This document shows positions 1 through 9,967 of a stretch of DNA of 64,000 nucleotides, piece by piece; positions within the stretch are counted from its first letter, which is position 1; the number at the start of each line of letters is the position of its first letter. Source of the DNA: Chloroflexota bacterium (GTDB lineage Bacteria; Chloroflexota; Anaerolineae; Anaerolineales; Villigracilaceae). The stretch is from assembly GCA_016234555.1 (NCBI GenBank), contig JACRBJ010000018.1, positions 18,912 through 82,911 on the forward strand, written 5' to 3'. Position numbers and translations under genes: made by a program. The notes below the pieces were generated by a model. It was given only the letters and a program-made list of their open reading frames with translations. It did no database searches and was not told the origin of the DNA.

Positions 1-1563
1 TTCTTCCGTCACGCCCACCCAAACGGTCTGTTCGGGAATCAGGTCGGTGGCTGTCAGCAGCTTAGCGGCTTTGCCTGCCTTGAGGCTGATGATCTGCGTG
101 CGGCGACGGTCGCCGTAGGCATCCTTCACCTTGAGCAGTTCGTCCGCAACCACACCACGCATCCGCTTGGGATTCTTTAGCAGGTCGGTCAGGTCTTTGA
201 TGGTGGCGGTGACTTCCTTGTATTCGGTTTCGATCTTCTTGCGTTCGAGAGCTGCGAGACGGCGCAACTGCATGTCGAGGATGGCGTTGGCTTGCAGTTC
301 GCTCAACTTGTAACGCTTCATCAGCTTCGAGCGGGCGGCGTCCACATCGGCGGCGGAGCGGATCAGCTCGATGATCTCATCCAGATTCTTCAGCGCGACC
401 ATGTAACCTTCGAGGATATGCGCGCGCGCCTTCGCCTTTGCCAAATCAAATTCAGCGCGACGCTTGATGACGTTGATACGATGTTCGACATACACACGCA
501 GCGCCTGTTTGAGAGTCAATGTGCGGGGTTCGCCATCGACCAACGCCAGCAGGTTGATGCCGAAGGTGGTCTGCATCGGGGTGCGCTTGTACAGTTCGCG
601 CAGAACCGTTTCGGGTTCGGCATTCTTGGTCATCTCCAGAACGATGCGCATGCCCTGTCGGTCGGATTCATCCCGCAGGTCGGATAAGCCTTCGAGGTGT
701 CCATCCCGCGCCAGTTCGGCAATGCGCTCGATCAGGCTGGATTTGTTGACCATGTACGGGAGTTCGGTGACGATGATGCGGCTCTTGCCGCGCTCCATCT
801 CCTCGACGTGCGCTTTTGCCTGCACCGTGATTCGTCCGCGCCCCGTACCGTACGCGGCTTCGATTCCTTCGTCGCCCTTCTCCTCGATGATGAGCCCGCC
901 TGTCGGGAAGTCGGGACCTTTGACGAATTCCATCAGTTGCTCGACGTCAATGTCATCGAGTTTGTCCCAACGTTCGAGCATGTAGACAATGGCGTTCACA
1001 ACTTCGCCGAGGTTGTGCGGCGGAATGGAGGTCGCCATGCCGACGGCGATACCCGTCGCGCCGTTGACCAGCAGGTTGGGAATCGCGGAGGGAAGAACGC
1101 CTGGCTCTTCGAGCGTATCGTCAAAGTTGGGGACGAAATCCACCGTTTCCTTGTTCAGGTCGAAGAGGATATCCAACGCTGCGGAGGTGAGGCGGGCTTC
1201 GGTGTAGCGCATCGCGGCGGGCGGGTCGCCATCCACCGAACCAAAGTTACCCTGACCGTCCACCAGCAAAGTCCGCATGGAGAAATCCTGCGCCATGCGC
1301 GCCATCGCCTCATACACCGCTGAGTCGCCATGCGGATGATATTTACCGAGCACTTCACCCACGATACGAGCGGATTTCTTGTAAGCCGTGTCCGCGCGGA
1401 TGCCCATGTCGTACATCGCATAAAGGATGCGCCGTTGCACGGGCTTGAGTCCGTCACGCGCATCGGGTAGGGCGCGCGCCACGATCACGCTCATGGCGTA
1501 GTCGAGGTACGATTGCTGCATTTCAGTGTCAATGTCTATTTTTCGAACGATACCGAGTTCCAT
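1..1563 (-). CDS. gyrA: DNA gyrase/topoisomerase IV subunit A (5' part; runs off window start)
   Basis: Minus-strand translation from the ATG at 1563: [48 protein letters not shown]...[12 protein letters not shown]...[23 protein letters not shown]. The start of the C-terminal domain looks divergent, so a ParC-like paralog is not excluded. Confidence 0.9.
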   Translation of the reverse strand, partial: MELGIVRKIDIDTEMQQSYLDYAMSVIVARALPDARDGLKPVQRRILYAMYDMGIRADTAYKKSARIVGEVLGKYHPHGDSAVYEAMARMAQDFSMRTLLVDGQGNFGSVDGDPPAAMRYTEARLTSAALDILFDLNKETVDFVPNFDDTLEEPGVLPSAIPNLLVNGATGIAVGMATSIPPHNLGEVVNAIVYMLERWDKLDDIDVEQLMEFVKGPDFPTGGLIIEEKGDEGIEAAYGTGRGRITVQAKAHVEEMERGKSRIIVTELPYMVNKSSLIERIAELARDGHLEGLSDLRDESDRQGMRIVLEMTKNAEPETVLRELYKRTPMQTTFGINLLALVDGEPRTLTLKQALRVYVEHRINVIKRRAEFDLAKAKARAHILEGYMVALKNLDEIIELIRSAADVDAARSKLMKRYKLSELQANAILDMQLRRLAALERKKIETEYKEVTATIKDLTDLLKNPKRMRGVVADELLKVKDAYGDRRRTQIISLKAGKAAKLLTATDLIPEQTVWVGVTEE

Positions 1564-1577
1564 GTTTGCTCCACAAG

Positions 1578-1612
1578 CAGGTGACAGTCACTTTAAAAGT
1601 GACTGTCACCTG
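1578..1612. repeat. REP-like 35-bp palindrome, family A, copy 1
   Basis: CAGGTGACAGTCACTTT-A-AAAGTGACTGTCACCTG; near-identical copy at 12383-12417. Confidence 0.85.
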
Positions 1613-1636
1613 AATTAATGTTCTATTGCGCCGCCT

Positions 1637-1665
1637 ATCTTACGGGGAAAGGGGGAAGGCGTCAA
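1637..1665 (-). promoter_or_regulatory. Putative sigma70 promoter for gyrA
   Basis: Minus strand TTGACG-17 bp-TAAGAT upstream of the palindrome and RBS. Confidence 0.5.
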
Positions 1666-1988
1666 GTGCCGATCAACACTTGTAATGCAAACAATGCAAT
1701 CATTCCTGCAAGGATGGTAATCAAAGTATTCTTCGTGTACCATGCCACAAGGATGGCGATGACTCCAGCCAGCAGACGGGTATTGCCAAGGGAAATATCC
1801 AGTTGATTCGAAGGAGAAGGATAAATCAACTCAGGGAAGACGATGGCAGAAAGCACCGCAGGCGGGACGTAATGCAACGCCTTGCGCATGGTCTCTGGAA
1901 TGTGAAATTTGCCGAACAAAAAGATGAGCGAGAAGCGCATCCCAAACGTGATCAAACCACCGATGAGCATAACCAGCCAGATGTTCAT
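1662..1988 (-). CDS. azlD: AzlD-family branched-chain amino acid exporter small subunit
   Basis: 108-aa hydrophobic ORF (TFGMRFS, YVPPAVLSAIV) overlapping azlC. Confidence 0.85.
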   Translation of the reverse strand: MNIWLVMLIGGLITFGMRFSLIFLFGKFHIPETMRKALHYVPPAVLSAIVFPELIYPSPSNQLDISLGNTRLLAGVIAILVAWYTKNTLITILAGMIALFALQVLIGT

Positions 1989-2686
1989 AGCGACTCCCTT
2001 GAGGATTTTTTACCCTCCAACACTGTCCCGACGACAATGCCTGTCAACGCGGCGAGGATCAATCCCAGCTTGAACGGTAGCCCGTAGGCAAGCAGGGCAA
2101 CCGCACCTGCGCTGACGGCTGCCGCCACCATCGGACGATTTTTCAGCGCAGGCATGACCATTGCAATGAAGGTCAAGGGAAGCGCAAAGTCCAGTTGCCA
2201 GGAGTCGGGGATTGCCGTGCCGAGGAAAATGCCGAGTGCCGTGCTGACTTGCCACGTGGACCAGAGAGCAAGTCCCGCGCCGAGTACAAACCAGTGGCTG
2301 AACGGCTTGACTCCCGTTTCTTCATACTTGAGGATGCTTGGCGCGTAACACTCATCCGTAAGCAGGTAGGAAAGAATTGCCTTCCATTTCAACGGCAGGT
2401 CTTTCAAGTACGGCGCAAGCGACGCGCTGTACAACATGTGCCGCAGGTTGACCACTGCAATCGTCAGAAGGATAACCAGTCCAGGTGCCGCGTCCGAAAC
2501 AAGTTGCGCCGTCACGAATTGAGCCGATCCCGCAAACACAATGGATGACATCATCTGTGAAGCCGCCTCGGAAAGCCCCGCCTTAAGCGCCAGCGCGCCG
2601 TAAATCATGCCGAAGGGAAACACGCCGATCAGCAACGGGATTTCCGCTCGCACTCCCTCCCAAAAAGTTTTTCTTGCTTCTCCCAT
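1985..2686 (-). CDS. azlC: AzlC-family permease
   Basis: PFGMIYG, FAGSAQF, VNLRHMLYSASL, LLTDE motifs; start moved to the ATG at 2686 after a GGAGG RBS. Confidence 0.9.
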   Translation of the reverse strand: MGEARKTFWEGVRAEIPLLIGVFPFGMIYGALALKAGLSEAASQMMSSIVFAGSAQFVTAQLVSDAAPGLVILLTIAVVNLRHMLYSASLAPYLKDLPLKWKAILSYLLTDECYAPSILKYEETGVKPFSHWFVLGAGLALWSTWQVSTALGIFLGTAIPDSWQLDFALPLTFIAMVMPALKNRPMVAAAVSAGAVALLAYGLPFKLGLILAALTGIVVGTVLEGKKSSRESL

Positions 2687-2700
2687 ACAACCTCCATACC

Positions 2701-2734
2701 AGACCTGACAGGTTTCGAAAAACCTGTCAGGTCT
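2701..2734. repeat. REP-like palindrome, family B
   Basis: AGACCTGACAGGTTT-CGAA-AAACCTGTCAGGTCT; degenerate copy at 13657-13720. Confidence 0.75.
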
Positions 2735-2741
2735 TTCTTGC

Positions 2742-2773
2742 AAAAAAATCCCGTCAACGATGTGACGGGATTT
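2742..2773 (-). terminator. Rho-independent terminator after tpx
   Basis: AAATCCCGTCA-N6-TGACGGGATTT stem with a U-tract on the minus strand. Confidence 0.7.
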
Positions 2774-2795
2774 GGAAATGGACTGCCGTCCTCGT

Positions 2796-3320
2796 TTACT
2801 TCAGTGCCGCCTTTGCCACATTGATTACTTCGTCGTAATCGGGTTCCACGCTCAAGGCAGGCATATATTTGACATAAGTCAGTTTGCCGTCGCGCCCAAC
2901 GATAAACACCGAGCGACGCAGGTAGCGACGCTCCTTGATCAGGATGCCGTACTTGACACCGAATTCGGCTTCGACCACATCGGAGACCACCTTCACCTTG
3001 TCCACGCCAGCCGCGCCGCACCAGCGGGCTTGCGCCATCGGAAAATCGGTACTGATGGTGTAGATGATGATGTCGTCGCCCAACTTCGAGGCTTCTTCGT
3101 TGAATCGGCGGGTCTCGCGGTCACAGACGGAGGTGTCGAGCGAAGGCACGGCAGAAAGAATGATCACCTTGCCCTTCGATTCTTGCAAGGGGTTGACAGT
3201 TGTCCAACCTGAGATAACAGATGTGAATTCAGGCGCGGCCTGTCCAACTTTGACTTCATCACCGAGTAAAGTGGCGAAGTTATCGCCAAGTTTGAAAACG
3301 TCAGTGCGAATGGTTATCAT
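2796..3320 (-). CDS. tpx: Thiol peroxidase (atypical 2-Cys peroxiredoxin)
   Basis: VPSLDTSVCDRETRRF and AQARWCG motifs. Confidence 0.9.
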   Translation of the reverse strand: MITIRTDVFKLGDNFATLLGDEVKVGQAAPEFTSVISGWTTVNPLQESKGKVIILSAVPSLDTSVCDRETRRFNEEASKLGDDIIIYTISTDFPMAQARWCGAAGVDKVKVVSDVVEAEFGVKYGILIKERRYLRRSVFIVGRDGKLTYVKYMPALSVEPDYDEVINVAKAALK

Positions 3321-3361
3321 ATTTATTTTTCCTTACTGCAAAGTTGTTAAAGAGATTTTAC

Positions 3362-3401
3362 CGCATAAACTTCCGAGGCTCCCACCTCGGAAGTTTATGC
3401 G
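3362..3401. repeat. Long palindrome (REP-like element or terminator)
   Basis: CGCATAAACTTCCGAGG-CTCCCA-CCTCGGAAGTTTATGCG, 17-bp perfect stem. Confidence 0.65.
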
Positions 3402-3407
3402 TAATAC

Positions 3408-4346
3408 CTATCCACTGCTACTGCTTGAACTGCTGCTGCTCGTCCCATCGCTGCTCTTACTACTGCTGGTACTTGTGGCAGGTGAGGTTAATTTCTTCAA
3501 CAGGTCATACCAGAAGGAAGAGCCTTGAGATACGGCGGCGACAGTCAAACCGAGCCCAATTATCTTTAAAATAACAAACAGTACCCAATCCATGACCGTC
3601 GCTCCCGCTGCAGGATGTTCTGTCTGCCACCAGCCGATCTTGATTGTGAGATCACTCAATTGGTGGATCAGGTCATCGATGGTGGCAGTTGCCCCCTCCT
3701 GCGCTGCCACGGCTTCCGCCTTGGCTACCGCGAGTGCGCGCAATTCCGCATTCACCCAGAGTGTCTTTGCGAGCTGAATGCTGTCCGTGCCGAAGAGGAC
3801 AGTGACGCCAATGGACAGGAGAATTACAAAACTGCGGGCGTTCGCGCGGAACGTCGCCGCTGCCTGTTCCATCATGCCAGTGAAATAAGCAGTAGTACGC
3901 TTTCGCAAATCTTCGATATTAGTAACACCTTGATTGATCCAGCTGATGAACGCACGCTTGCCTTCCGACTCAGGCAGTTTGTCAATCAATTCAGCCAGTT
4001 GTAGAAGGTTCAACTCCTGATTTGCAGTCAGCCCTGAAAAGTCAAAAAAGGCATCCACCAGCGTGGCAACAGGAATCTTCTCGATCTTTTTTGGCTCGGT
4101 AACCGCGCCAAATACACTGAGCGGACCTTTGTATCGGATGGGACGCAGCGCCTGCAATTGCGGCAGGCTGATAAAGTCACCGATCTTTTTATCGCCGACG
4201 ATTTTGACCAGATAGCGTTCCAAAGCCTTGCCACGCGTCTCAAAAAATTCGTTAATCCATTGTGTGACCAATGAAATGATGGAACCCAAAATATAGTAGA
4301 CAAAGATAAGACCGAGGGCAACTTCGAGAACCTGTGAAATGGACAT
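3408..4346 (-). CDS. Uncharacterised membrane protein with Ser-rich tail
   Basis: 312 aa; N-terminal LEVALGLIFVYYIL helix, C-terminal GW...SQGSSFWYDLL pattern, RBS AGGAG. Confidence 0.8.
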   Translation of the reverse strand: MSISQVLEVALGLIFVYYILGSIISLVTQWINEFFETRGKALERYLVKIVGDKKIGDFISLPQLQALRPIRYKGPLSVFGAVTEPKKIEKIPVATLVDAFFDFSGLTANQELNLLQLAELIDKLPESEGKRAFISWINQGVTNIEDLRKRTTAYFTGMMEQAAATFRANARSFVILLSIGVTVLFGTDSIQLAKTLWVNAELRALAVAKAEAVAAQEGATATIDDLIHQLSDLTIKIGWWQTEHPAAGATVMDWVLFVILKIIGLGLTVAAVSQGSSFWYDLLKKLTSPATSTSSSKSSDGTSSSSSSSSSG

Positions 4347-4364
4347 TGTTTTCTCCTTGTTGTT

Positions 4365-5918
4365 CTAGTGCGAATGTTTTTCCAACTCTGCAAGCCAATC
4401 CAATGGCCTGCCCCAGCGCTTTCTTTCGAGGACACCGACCTGGCCATCTTGGGGTCTGTCCCATTTTGGGCCAGGCGGTCCCGACTCTTCCATCAACCAA
4501 CTCTTGACACCCCACAATCCCTTATATTGTACCCAATCAGGCTCAGAATTCAACAGTACGCGCTGCCATTCGTTTACCTTTGGATGTGTTGTCTTTCTGT
4601 TAGATTTGCTGCGCTTCAGGTAGCTATCCGATTTCATAAAATGCTCGTGCAGGTGGGCAGATCTGCTGCCAGCGCGGAATCCATCGCCCGTTGCCATCTC
4701 CAGCGGCAGGCTGACCAGATAATGGTCCTCCTCGTCACGCAATTCGGCAAAGGCATTCTCATCAAAGATATCCATCTGCCGCATGGAAATCTCATTGAGC
4801 GCAATCTGCCTCGCCTTCTCACTTGGGTTCAACAACAAAAATATGTAGTGGATCAATCCATCGACCCAAAGAAGCAGGCGCTGTATCCTGCCTGTTCTAT
4901 GCAGGTCGTGAGAGCGAATCACCTGGGGCCTGTTGTAATTCGCGTGGGAGCCGAGCGCAACATACACCAGCGGATGCGTCGTCTTTTCCCCATGTTTCTC
5001 AACAACCCTGTTGACCGTATCCCATCTTTCGATGTGTCCCGCGCCATGCTGCGAAAACAGGACCGCATACGGTTCTTCGTTCTTTAGGTAAACGGCGACC
5101 ATCTCCCAATCCCCTTCGTGATGATTCATCCCGTTCGCCGCCAGCCGCCAATCGTTGAAGGCATAGAAGAAATGATATTGCAGGATCGTCCAACGATTCA
5201 ATGCGTCGTTTTCATGCAATACCCTTCCATAATAAACGGGCTGTGGATTCGCATCAAGGATTCTGGAATATTCGCCATAGGCTTCCTGCGCGATCTTTTC
5301 CGTAGCTTGCGAAAGGACGTCCATCACCATTCCAGGCCCTTCGGGAACAATATGGTCAAGGATAAACTTCATCGTGCGAACGGAAAGGTAGAACAGAGCG
5401 ACCAAATAGATCGGGAGCAGAACCAAATATTCCACCGCAATGCCAATCTGGCGGTTGGGATGAAGAAAGAACCAGATCGGCGCAACCTCCAGCGCGATGA
5501 AAAATAAAGCTGCCAGCGCGGCGGGAATAATCCGTAATCGAACTGGCGACGCCAGCATAAAGAGAATCAACCCGACAATGAATGAAATGGTAAACGAAAA
5601 TTCCACACCCACCCAGCCAGCACTCAACCACCCTCCCGCCATGCCCAACACCGAAAGAAATGCCAGCCAGACCCACGCATCCGAATCGTTCAGCGCCCTG
5701 TTGACAAAACGAATATAAAACTGCTCGCTCTTTAGTTTGCCCATCCGCCCGATCAACGGTTCGCCGTGATGCAAGAGAAATTCCGCCACACCAAGCGGTC
5801 CGCTTGCAAACAGGGAACATCTCTCCACGTACGGCTCCACAGCCATGGGAAAGAAACGCTCGCTTTTCGCAAAACGCAAAACAGGCTCATATTTTTCCAG
5901 CAACTCAGGTTCCGTCAC
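4365..5918 (-). CDS. Vps62/DUF946-like protein with inserted transmembrane segments
   Basis: YEPVLRF...E-FFP, QYHFFYAFND, HEGDWE, SQH, HP-VYVA-GSHANY, YKGLWG, GPPGP motifs; hydrophobic insert near aa 80-185. Confidence 0.7.
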   Translation of the reverse strand: MTEPELLEKYEPVLRFAKSERFFPMAVEPYVERCSLFASGPLGVAEFLLHHGEPLIGRMGKLKSEQFYIRFVNRALNDSDAWVWLAFLSVLGMAGGWLSAGWVGVEFSFTISFIVGLILFMLASPVRLRIIPAALAALFFIALEVAPIWFFLHPNRQIGIAVEYLVLLPIYLVALFYLSVRTMKFILDHIVPEGPGMVMDVLSQATEKIAQEAYGEYSRILDANPQPVYYGRVLHENDALNRWTILQYHFFYAFNDWRLAANGMNHHEGDWEMVAVYLKNEEPYAVLFSQHGAGHIERWDTVNRVVEKHGEKTTHPLVYVALGSHANYNRPQVIRSHDLHRTGRIQRLLLWVDGLIHYIFLLLNPSEKARQIALNEISMRQMDIFDENAFAELRDEEDHYLVSLPLEMATGDGFRAGSRSAHLHEHFMKSDSYLKRSKSNRKTTHPKVNEWQRVLLNSEPDWVQYKGLWGVKSWLMEESGPPGPKWDRPQDGQVGVLERKRWGRPLDWLAELEKHSH

Positions 5919-5944
5919 GATGCCTCTATGGTATAAATGCGGTT

Positions 5945-7081
5945 ATGAAAACAGACATCCTCGAGCAATCTTTTTCGACCTATTTTAATGCCAAACCTGA
6001 ATTTATCGTTCGCGCGCCCGGGCGGGTAAATTTGATTGGCGAGCATACCGACTACAACGATGGATTTGTCCTGCCGATGGCGATTGACCGCGCGGTGTGG
6101 ATGGCGTTGACGCCGCGGACTGATTTAACTGTCCGCATCCGCTCTCTCGACCTCGAAGTTGATTCGGCTTTCGATTTGCATTCCCTCACGAAAGGCGAAG
6201 GCTGGATCGAGTACATCAAGGGTGTTGCCTTCGAGCTTCAAAAGGATGGATATGATTTGCGCGGCTTCAATGCAGTGATGACAGGCGACGTACCTCGCGG
6301 AGCGGGATTGTCATCCTCAGCTGCCGTGGAGCTTGCAACCGCCCGCGCCTTTGCCTCGGCCTCCGGCTTTGATTGGGATGCGGCTCACATGGCGCGGGTC
6401 TCGCAAAAAGCCGAAAACCAATGGGTGGGAGTCAATTGCGGCATCATGGATCAAATGGCAAGCGCCGCGACCAGGGAAGGTTATGCCTTATTTTTGGATT
6501 GCCGCACACTCGAATATCAACACGCCCCCCTTCCTGAAAATACCGCGGTTGTAATCCTGGATACCTCCACGCGGCGCGGGCTGGTGGACTCAGCCTACAA
6601 CGAGAGACGGAGTCAATGCGAGGAGGCGGCGCGCTGGTTCGGCGCAAAGGCGCTGCGCGATGTCAGCGTGGATGACCTGAAAAAAGGAAGTGGATTGAGC
6701 GAAGTCGTCATGAAGCGGGCAAGACACATCGTCACAGAGAATGCGCGGGTGCTGGAAGCCGTGCAAATGATGAAGGCGGACAACGTGAAGCGGTTGGGGG
6801 ATTTATTCAACGCCAGCCACGCCAGCCTCCGCGATGACTTTGAAGTGACCAACGAAGCGCTTAATCAAATCGTGGAGTGCGCGCAGGAACAGTCATCCTG
6901 CTACGGCGCGCGCATGACGGGCGCGGGGTTCGGCGGTTGTGCTGTGGCGCTGGTGAAGGAAAAAGATGCACGTGAATTCACCGATGCGGTTGCCGTCGCA
7001 TACAAGAGAAAGTCGGGGCTGGATGCAAGTGTTTACGTCTGCAAGGCAAGTGCGGGAGCGGGCGTCATTGAAAGACCCTAA
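5945..7081 (+). CDS. galK: Galactokinase
   Basis: APGRVNLIGEHTDYNDG, PRGAGLSSSA, CGIMDQ, GARMTGAGFGGC; start set at ATG 5945. Confidence 0.95.
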   Translation: MKTDILEQSFSTYFNAKPEFIVRAPGRVNLIGEHTDYNDGFVLPMAIDRAVWMALTPRTDLTVRIRSLDLEVDSAFDLHSLTKGEGWIEYIKGVAFELQKDGYDLRGFNAVMTGDVPRGAGLSSSAAVELATARAFASASGFDWDAAHMARVSQKAENQWVGVNCGIMDQMASAATREGYALFLDCRTLEYQHAPLPENTAVVILDTSTRRGLVDSAYNERRSQCEEAARWFGAKALRDVSVDDLKKGSGLSEVVMKRARHIVTENARVLEAVQMMKADNVKRLGDLFNASHASLRDDFEVTNEALNQIVECAQEQSSCYGARMTGAGFGGCAVALVKEKDAREFTDAVAVAYKRKSGLDASVYVCKASAGAGVIERP

Positions 7082-7136
7082 AGATTTTACGAAGTCCCCG
7101 AAGAGGGAAAACATTTAGGGTCTGGGTTCTGACATA

Positions 7137-7167
7137 AAAAATGGACACGCAAAACGTGTCCATTTTT
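7137..7167. terminator. Bidirectional terminator between convergent galK and the ATP-grasp gene
   Basis: AAAAATGGACACG-CAAAA-CGTGTCCATTTTT. Confidence 0.75.
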
Positions 7168-7170
7168 GTT

Positions 7171-8190
7171 CTAGCTGTAAGCCATCTGTTCGATCTCGAT
7201 GGCACGCTTGCGCGGCTGGCGTTTGACCGCTCTTTCCGCGGCAATTCGTGCTTGTCGGTTTTGCGCGCTGCGGATGATCAACTTCATGAACTTCTTGTGA
7301 TCTGTTGGGTCGTTGAGCAGGGAGAAATCCGCCGAACCTGGTTCGTGAGGCGCATAGAAAATTCCGCAGTTAGGATTGATCTCCAGCATGTGGATCGTCC
7401 CGCTGGCATCCATACGGTAGTCACAACGGGCATAGCCGTTGCCGCCCAATTCCTTGAAGACGCGCATGGTCTGCTGGCGCAGGGTCTTTTGAATCTTCGG
7501 GTCGCCGACAACCGCCACCGACATTTTTTCGTACTCGACCCACTTCATATCGTAATGCTTGAAGGATTCACCCGTAGGGAAGATGAATTCAACGGGCGTG
7601 AACGTGAGTGGATTCTTGGGATCGTCGGGATTTTCCGCAATAAGACAGGTGAATTCGCGCCCTTCGATGAATTCTTCAATCAACGCGCGCCCAAACTCGT
7701 CGATTTCAACCTTCATTTGTTCGCGCAATTGTTCGATATTCTCGACCCGTGAGTTGCGGCGAATGCCCACGCTGGCATATCCATGCGGCGGCTTGACCAG
7801 CATGGGGAACTTCAAGCGTTTGGCTGCTTTTTCGGCATCCTCAACGCGGTTCACAAATATCCAATTCGGCGTGGGAACGGACACACGTCGCGCTGCATTC
7901 TTCATCTCGTCGCGTGTGGGGTCGAAGAATTTTGAATCAGCACCAGTAAAAGCGGCGTTATATTTTTCCAGCGCATGCACAAGTGCAATGCCTGAAAGCG
8001 CGTCGTCGGGCGTGCCATCACACAGGTTGATAAAAGTGTCAACGCCCTCGTCCATCAGATCACGAATTTGTTTCTCGACATCCTTTGGTTCTACAAAATG
8101 CTGCTTCCAGCGATATCCATTCATATACGCTGATGGATCATAGGGGACATCGTTTTCATCTGGATAGCTTGTCAATACACAGATATACAT
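7171..8190 (-). CDS. D-Ala-D-Ala ligase-like ATP-grasp protein
   Basis: FPMLVKP, SVGI, IEEFIEGREFT, GYARCDYR, LEINPNCG; atypical N-terminus with NLCDG. Confidence 0.75.
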   Translation of the reverse strand: MYICVLTSYPDENDVPYDPSAYMNGYRWKQHFVEPKDVEKQIRDLMDEGVDTFINLCDGTPDDALSGIALVHALEKYNAAFTGADSKFFDPTRDEMKNAARRVSVPTPNWIFVNRVEDAEKAAKRLKFPMLVKPPHGYASVGIRRNSRVENIEQLREQMKVEIDEFGRALIEEFIEGREFTCLIAENPDDPKNPLTFTPVEFIFPTGESFKHYDMKWVEYEKMSVAVVGDPKIQKTLRQQTMRVFKELGGNGYARCDYRMDASGTIHMLEINPNCGIFYAPHEPGSADFSLLNDPTDHKKFMKLIIRSAQNRQARIAAERAVKRQPRKRAIEIEQMAYS

Positions 8191-8484
8191 GATTTATCCT
8201 TTGTTGTTGTCTTTCTCTTTGTTTGATATTTTTATTGCGTTATCAACTCGACTTTATTTATTGTTTGATTGATGTTATCGATCACAAAAACATTATTTAC
8301 ATATCCATTGTATCTAACTATTGATTTATGTAAAGGTTTTTGAACATATATTTATCTTAAAATATCATCAATGCATTCACGGCATTATAGCTATATTTCT
8401 TTAAGGTTATTAAGTTTGGAATAAAAAGAAGACGCAGACTGCATTCTGCATCCTCTGGCAACAGAAATTAAAAGGGGAAATGGG

Positions 8485-9870
8485 TCATTTCCAAAACTGT
8501 GGAAGATGTTCCCTGTATGTTTTCAGGTAGTCATCCAGAATGAGTCGGGCGGGATCGAGGTCATGAATGACAGGATCGAGCAGCAGGCATTGCAACGCCT
8601 TTTCGTAATCGCCCTCCACCGCTGCGTCGATGCCCAATTGCGCGGACATCAACTCGCGGCGGCAAAGCTCTGCGATGGGTTCGGGCAATGCGCCAACATG
8701 CACGGGATGAATCCCTGCTCCATCCACCATGACGGGAGTCTCCACAATGGCGCCCATCGGCAGGTTGGAGATTTGTCCCACGTTCGGCAGATTTGCGGCA
8801 AGGTGATAATGCTTTCCCGCGCAGACCATATTCTCGATCATTTCCAGCGCGCCTTCGGAGTCTGCATCCAACAAGCCTTCAATGGTCATGTCTCCGTTTG
8901 CCATCTCGTTCAAGCGGTCGAGGCTGAAGTCGCGCAGACCAGCCATCATTTCCCAATCATAGAGGCGGATATTGAACTTCTCCCACGGCTTCGTGATGGG
9001 ATCGCTCATCCAGGGCAGGTATTCGCAGAGATGGGTATCACCGGGGACGGGGAACATGCCAAAGTCCTGAAACACGCGGCGGGTAAGCGATTCGAAGGTT
9101 TCGTCCAACTCAAAGAAGCGTTTCCTTAAAAGCGGATACAAATCCTCGCCGCTGCGTTTATCGTGGATGGACACAATCCACGTAAAGTGATTTATGCCAG
9201 CGGCACAAATATCAACCAGTGGAACCGTTTGATACACAACCATTTGTTGAAGTGGATGCTGCATTATATCGGCGTGCATACCTTCCAAACCATCAGGCAC
9301 CTCGATGCCAAGGTCCTTTGCCAGCGCAGCACCCGCCATGCCATAGCCCGCGTAGATTTGATGACACAACCCGACAACTTTGATCTTGCTGTGACGATGA
9401 ACCGCATCGCAAATCCGCACCATGGGATTGGTGAAATTGATGAACCATGCATCGGGACATGCCTGCTCCATGTCGCGGAGGATTTCCATCAGCGGTTTGA
9501 CGTTGCGCGCCGCGTGGATGAATCCTCCCGGTCCGCCGTTCTCCGCATAGGGTTGATGAACACCGTACTTCAACGTGATTTCATAATCAGATTTCCACAA
9601 CTCTTCACGCGGACCGACCTCGATGGCGGACACCACAAAATTTGCACCATCGAGCGCATCCTTGTGATTTGCATGGGCGCTGATCGTGAATCCCGAATCC
9701 CATTCCCTGTTGAGCCTGTTTGCAAGCCTGTGGACAATGTCAAGGCTCTGTGCATTGCGATCCACCAGCGCAAGATGCGTGCCATGCAGTTTCTTCGAGC
9801 GCATGAGCGCCGCAAGTGTGTTCTCTCCAAATGATGCGCTTCCCGCGCCGATGACGGTGATTTTTGGCAT
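8485..9870 (-). CDS. melA: Family 4 glycoside hydrolase (NAD+/Mn2+-dependent alpha-galactosidase-like)
   Basis: KITVIGAGSASF, ENGGPGG, NFTNPM, GLCH, AGINHFTW, HLCEYLPW. Confidence 0.8.
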   Translation of the reverse strand: MPKITVIGAGSASFGENTLAALMRSKKLHGTHLALVDRNAQSLDIVHRLANRLNREWDSGFTISAHANHKDALDGANFVVSAIEVGPREELWKSDYEITLKYGVHQPYAENGGPGGFIHAARNVKPLMEILRDMEQACPDAWFINFTNPMVRICDAVHRHSKIKVVGLCHQIYAGYGMAGAALAKDLGIEVPDGLEGMHADIMQHPLQQMVVYQTVPLVDICAAGINHFTWIVSIHDKRSGEDLYPLLRKRFFELDETFESLTRRVFQDFGMFPVPGDTHLCEYLPWMSDPITKPWEKFNIRLYDWEMMAGLRDFSLDRLNEMANGDMTIEGLLDADSEGALEMIENMVCAGKHYHLAANLPNVGQISNLPMGAIVETPVMVDGAGIHPVHVGALPEPIAELCRRELMSAQLGIDAAVEGDYEKALQCLLLDPVIHDLDPARLILDDYLKTYREHLPQFWK

Positions 9871-9967
9871 ATGGCTCTCCTTTGTAGTTTAAAAAGAAAA
9901 CACGTAACCAGGTAATTGTATCCCTGTTTACGTGTCAACTTATTTTCCTGTCCACCTGCGTGCGTGT

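Noticed and set aside
3408-3480. CTGCTA/CTGCTG microsatellite-like run
   Set aside because: Explained by a Ser-rich protein tail; imperfect and in frame, not a phase-variation tract
8191-8484. AT-rich intergenic stretch as replication origin or ncRNA
   Set aside because: No DnaA-box cluster or convincing conserved structure; most simply the promoter region of the ATP-grasp gene
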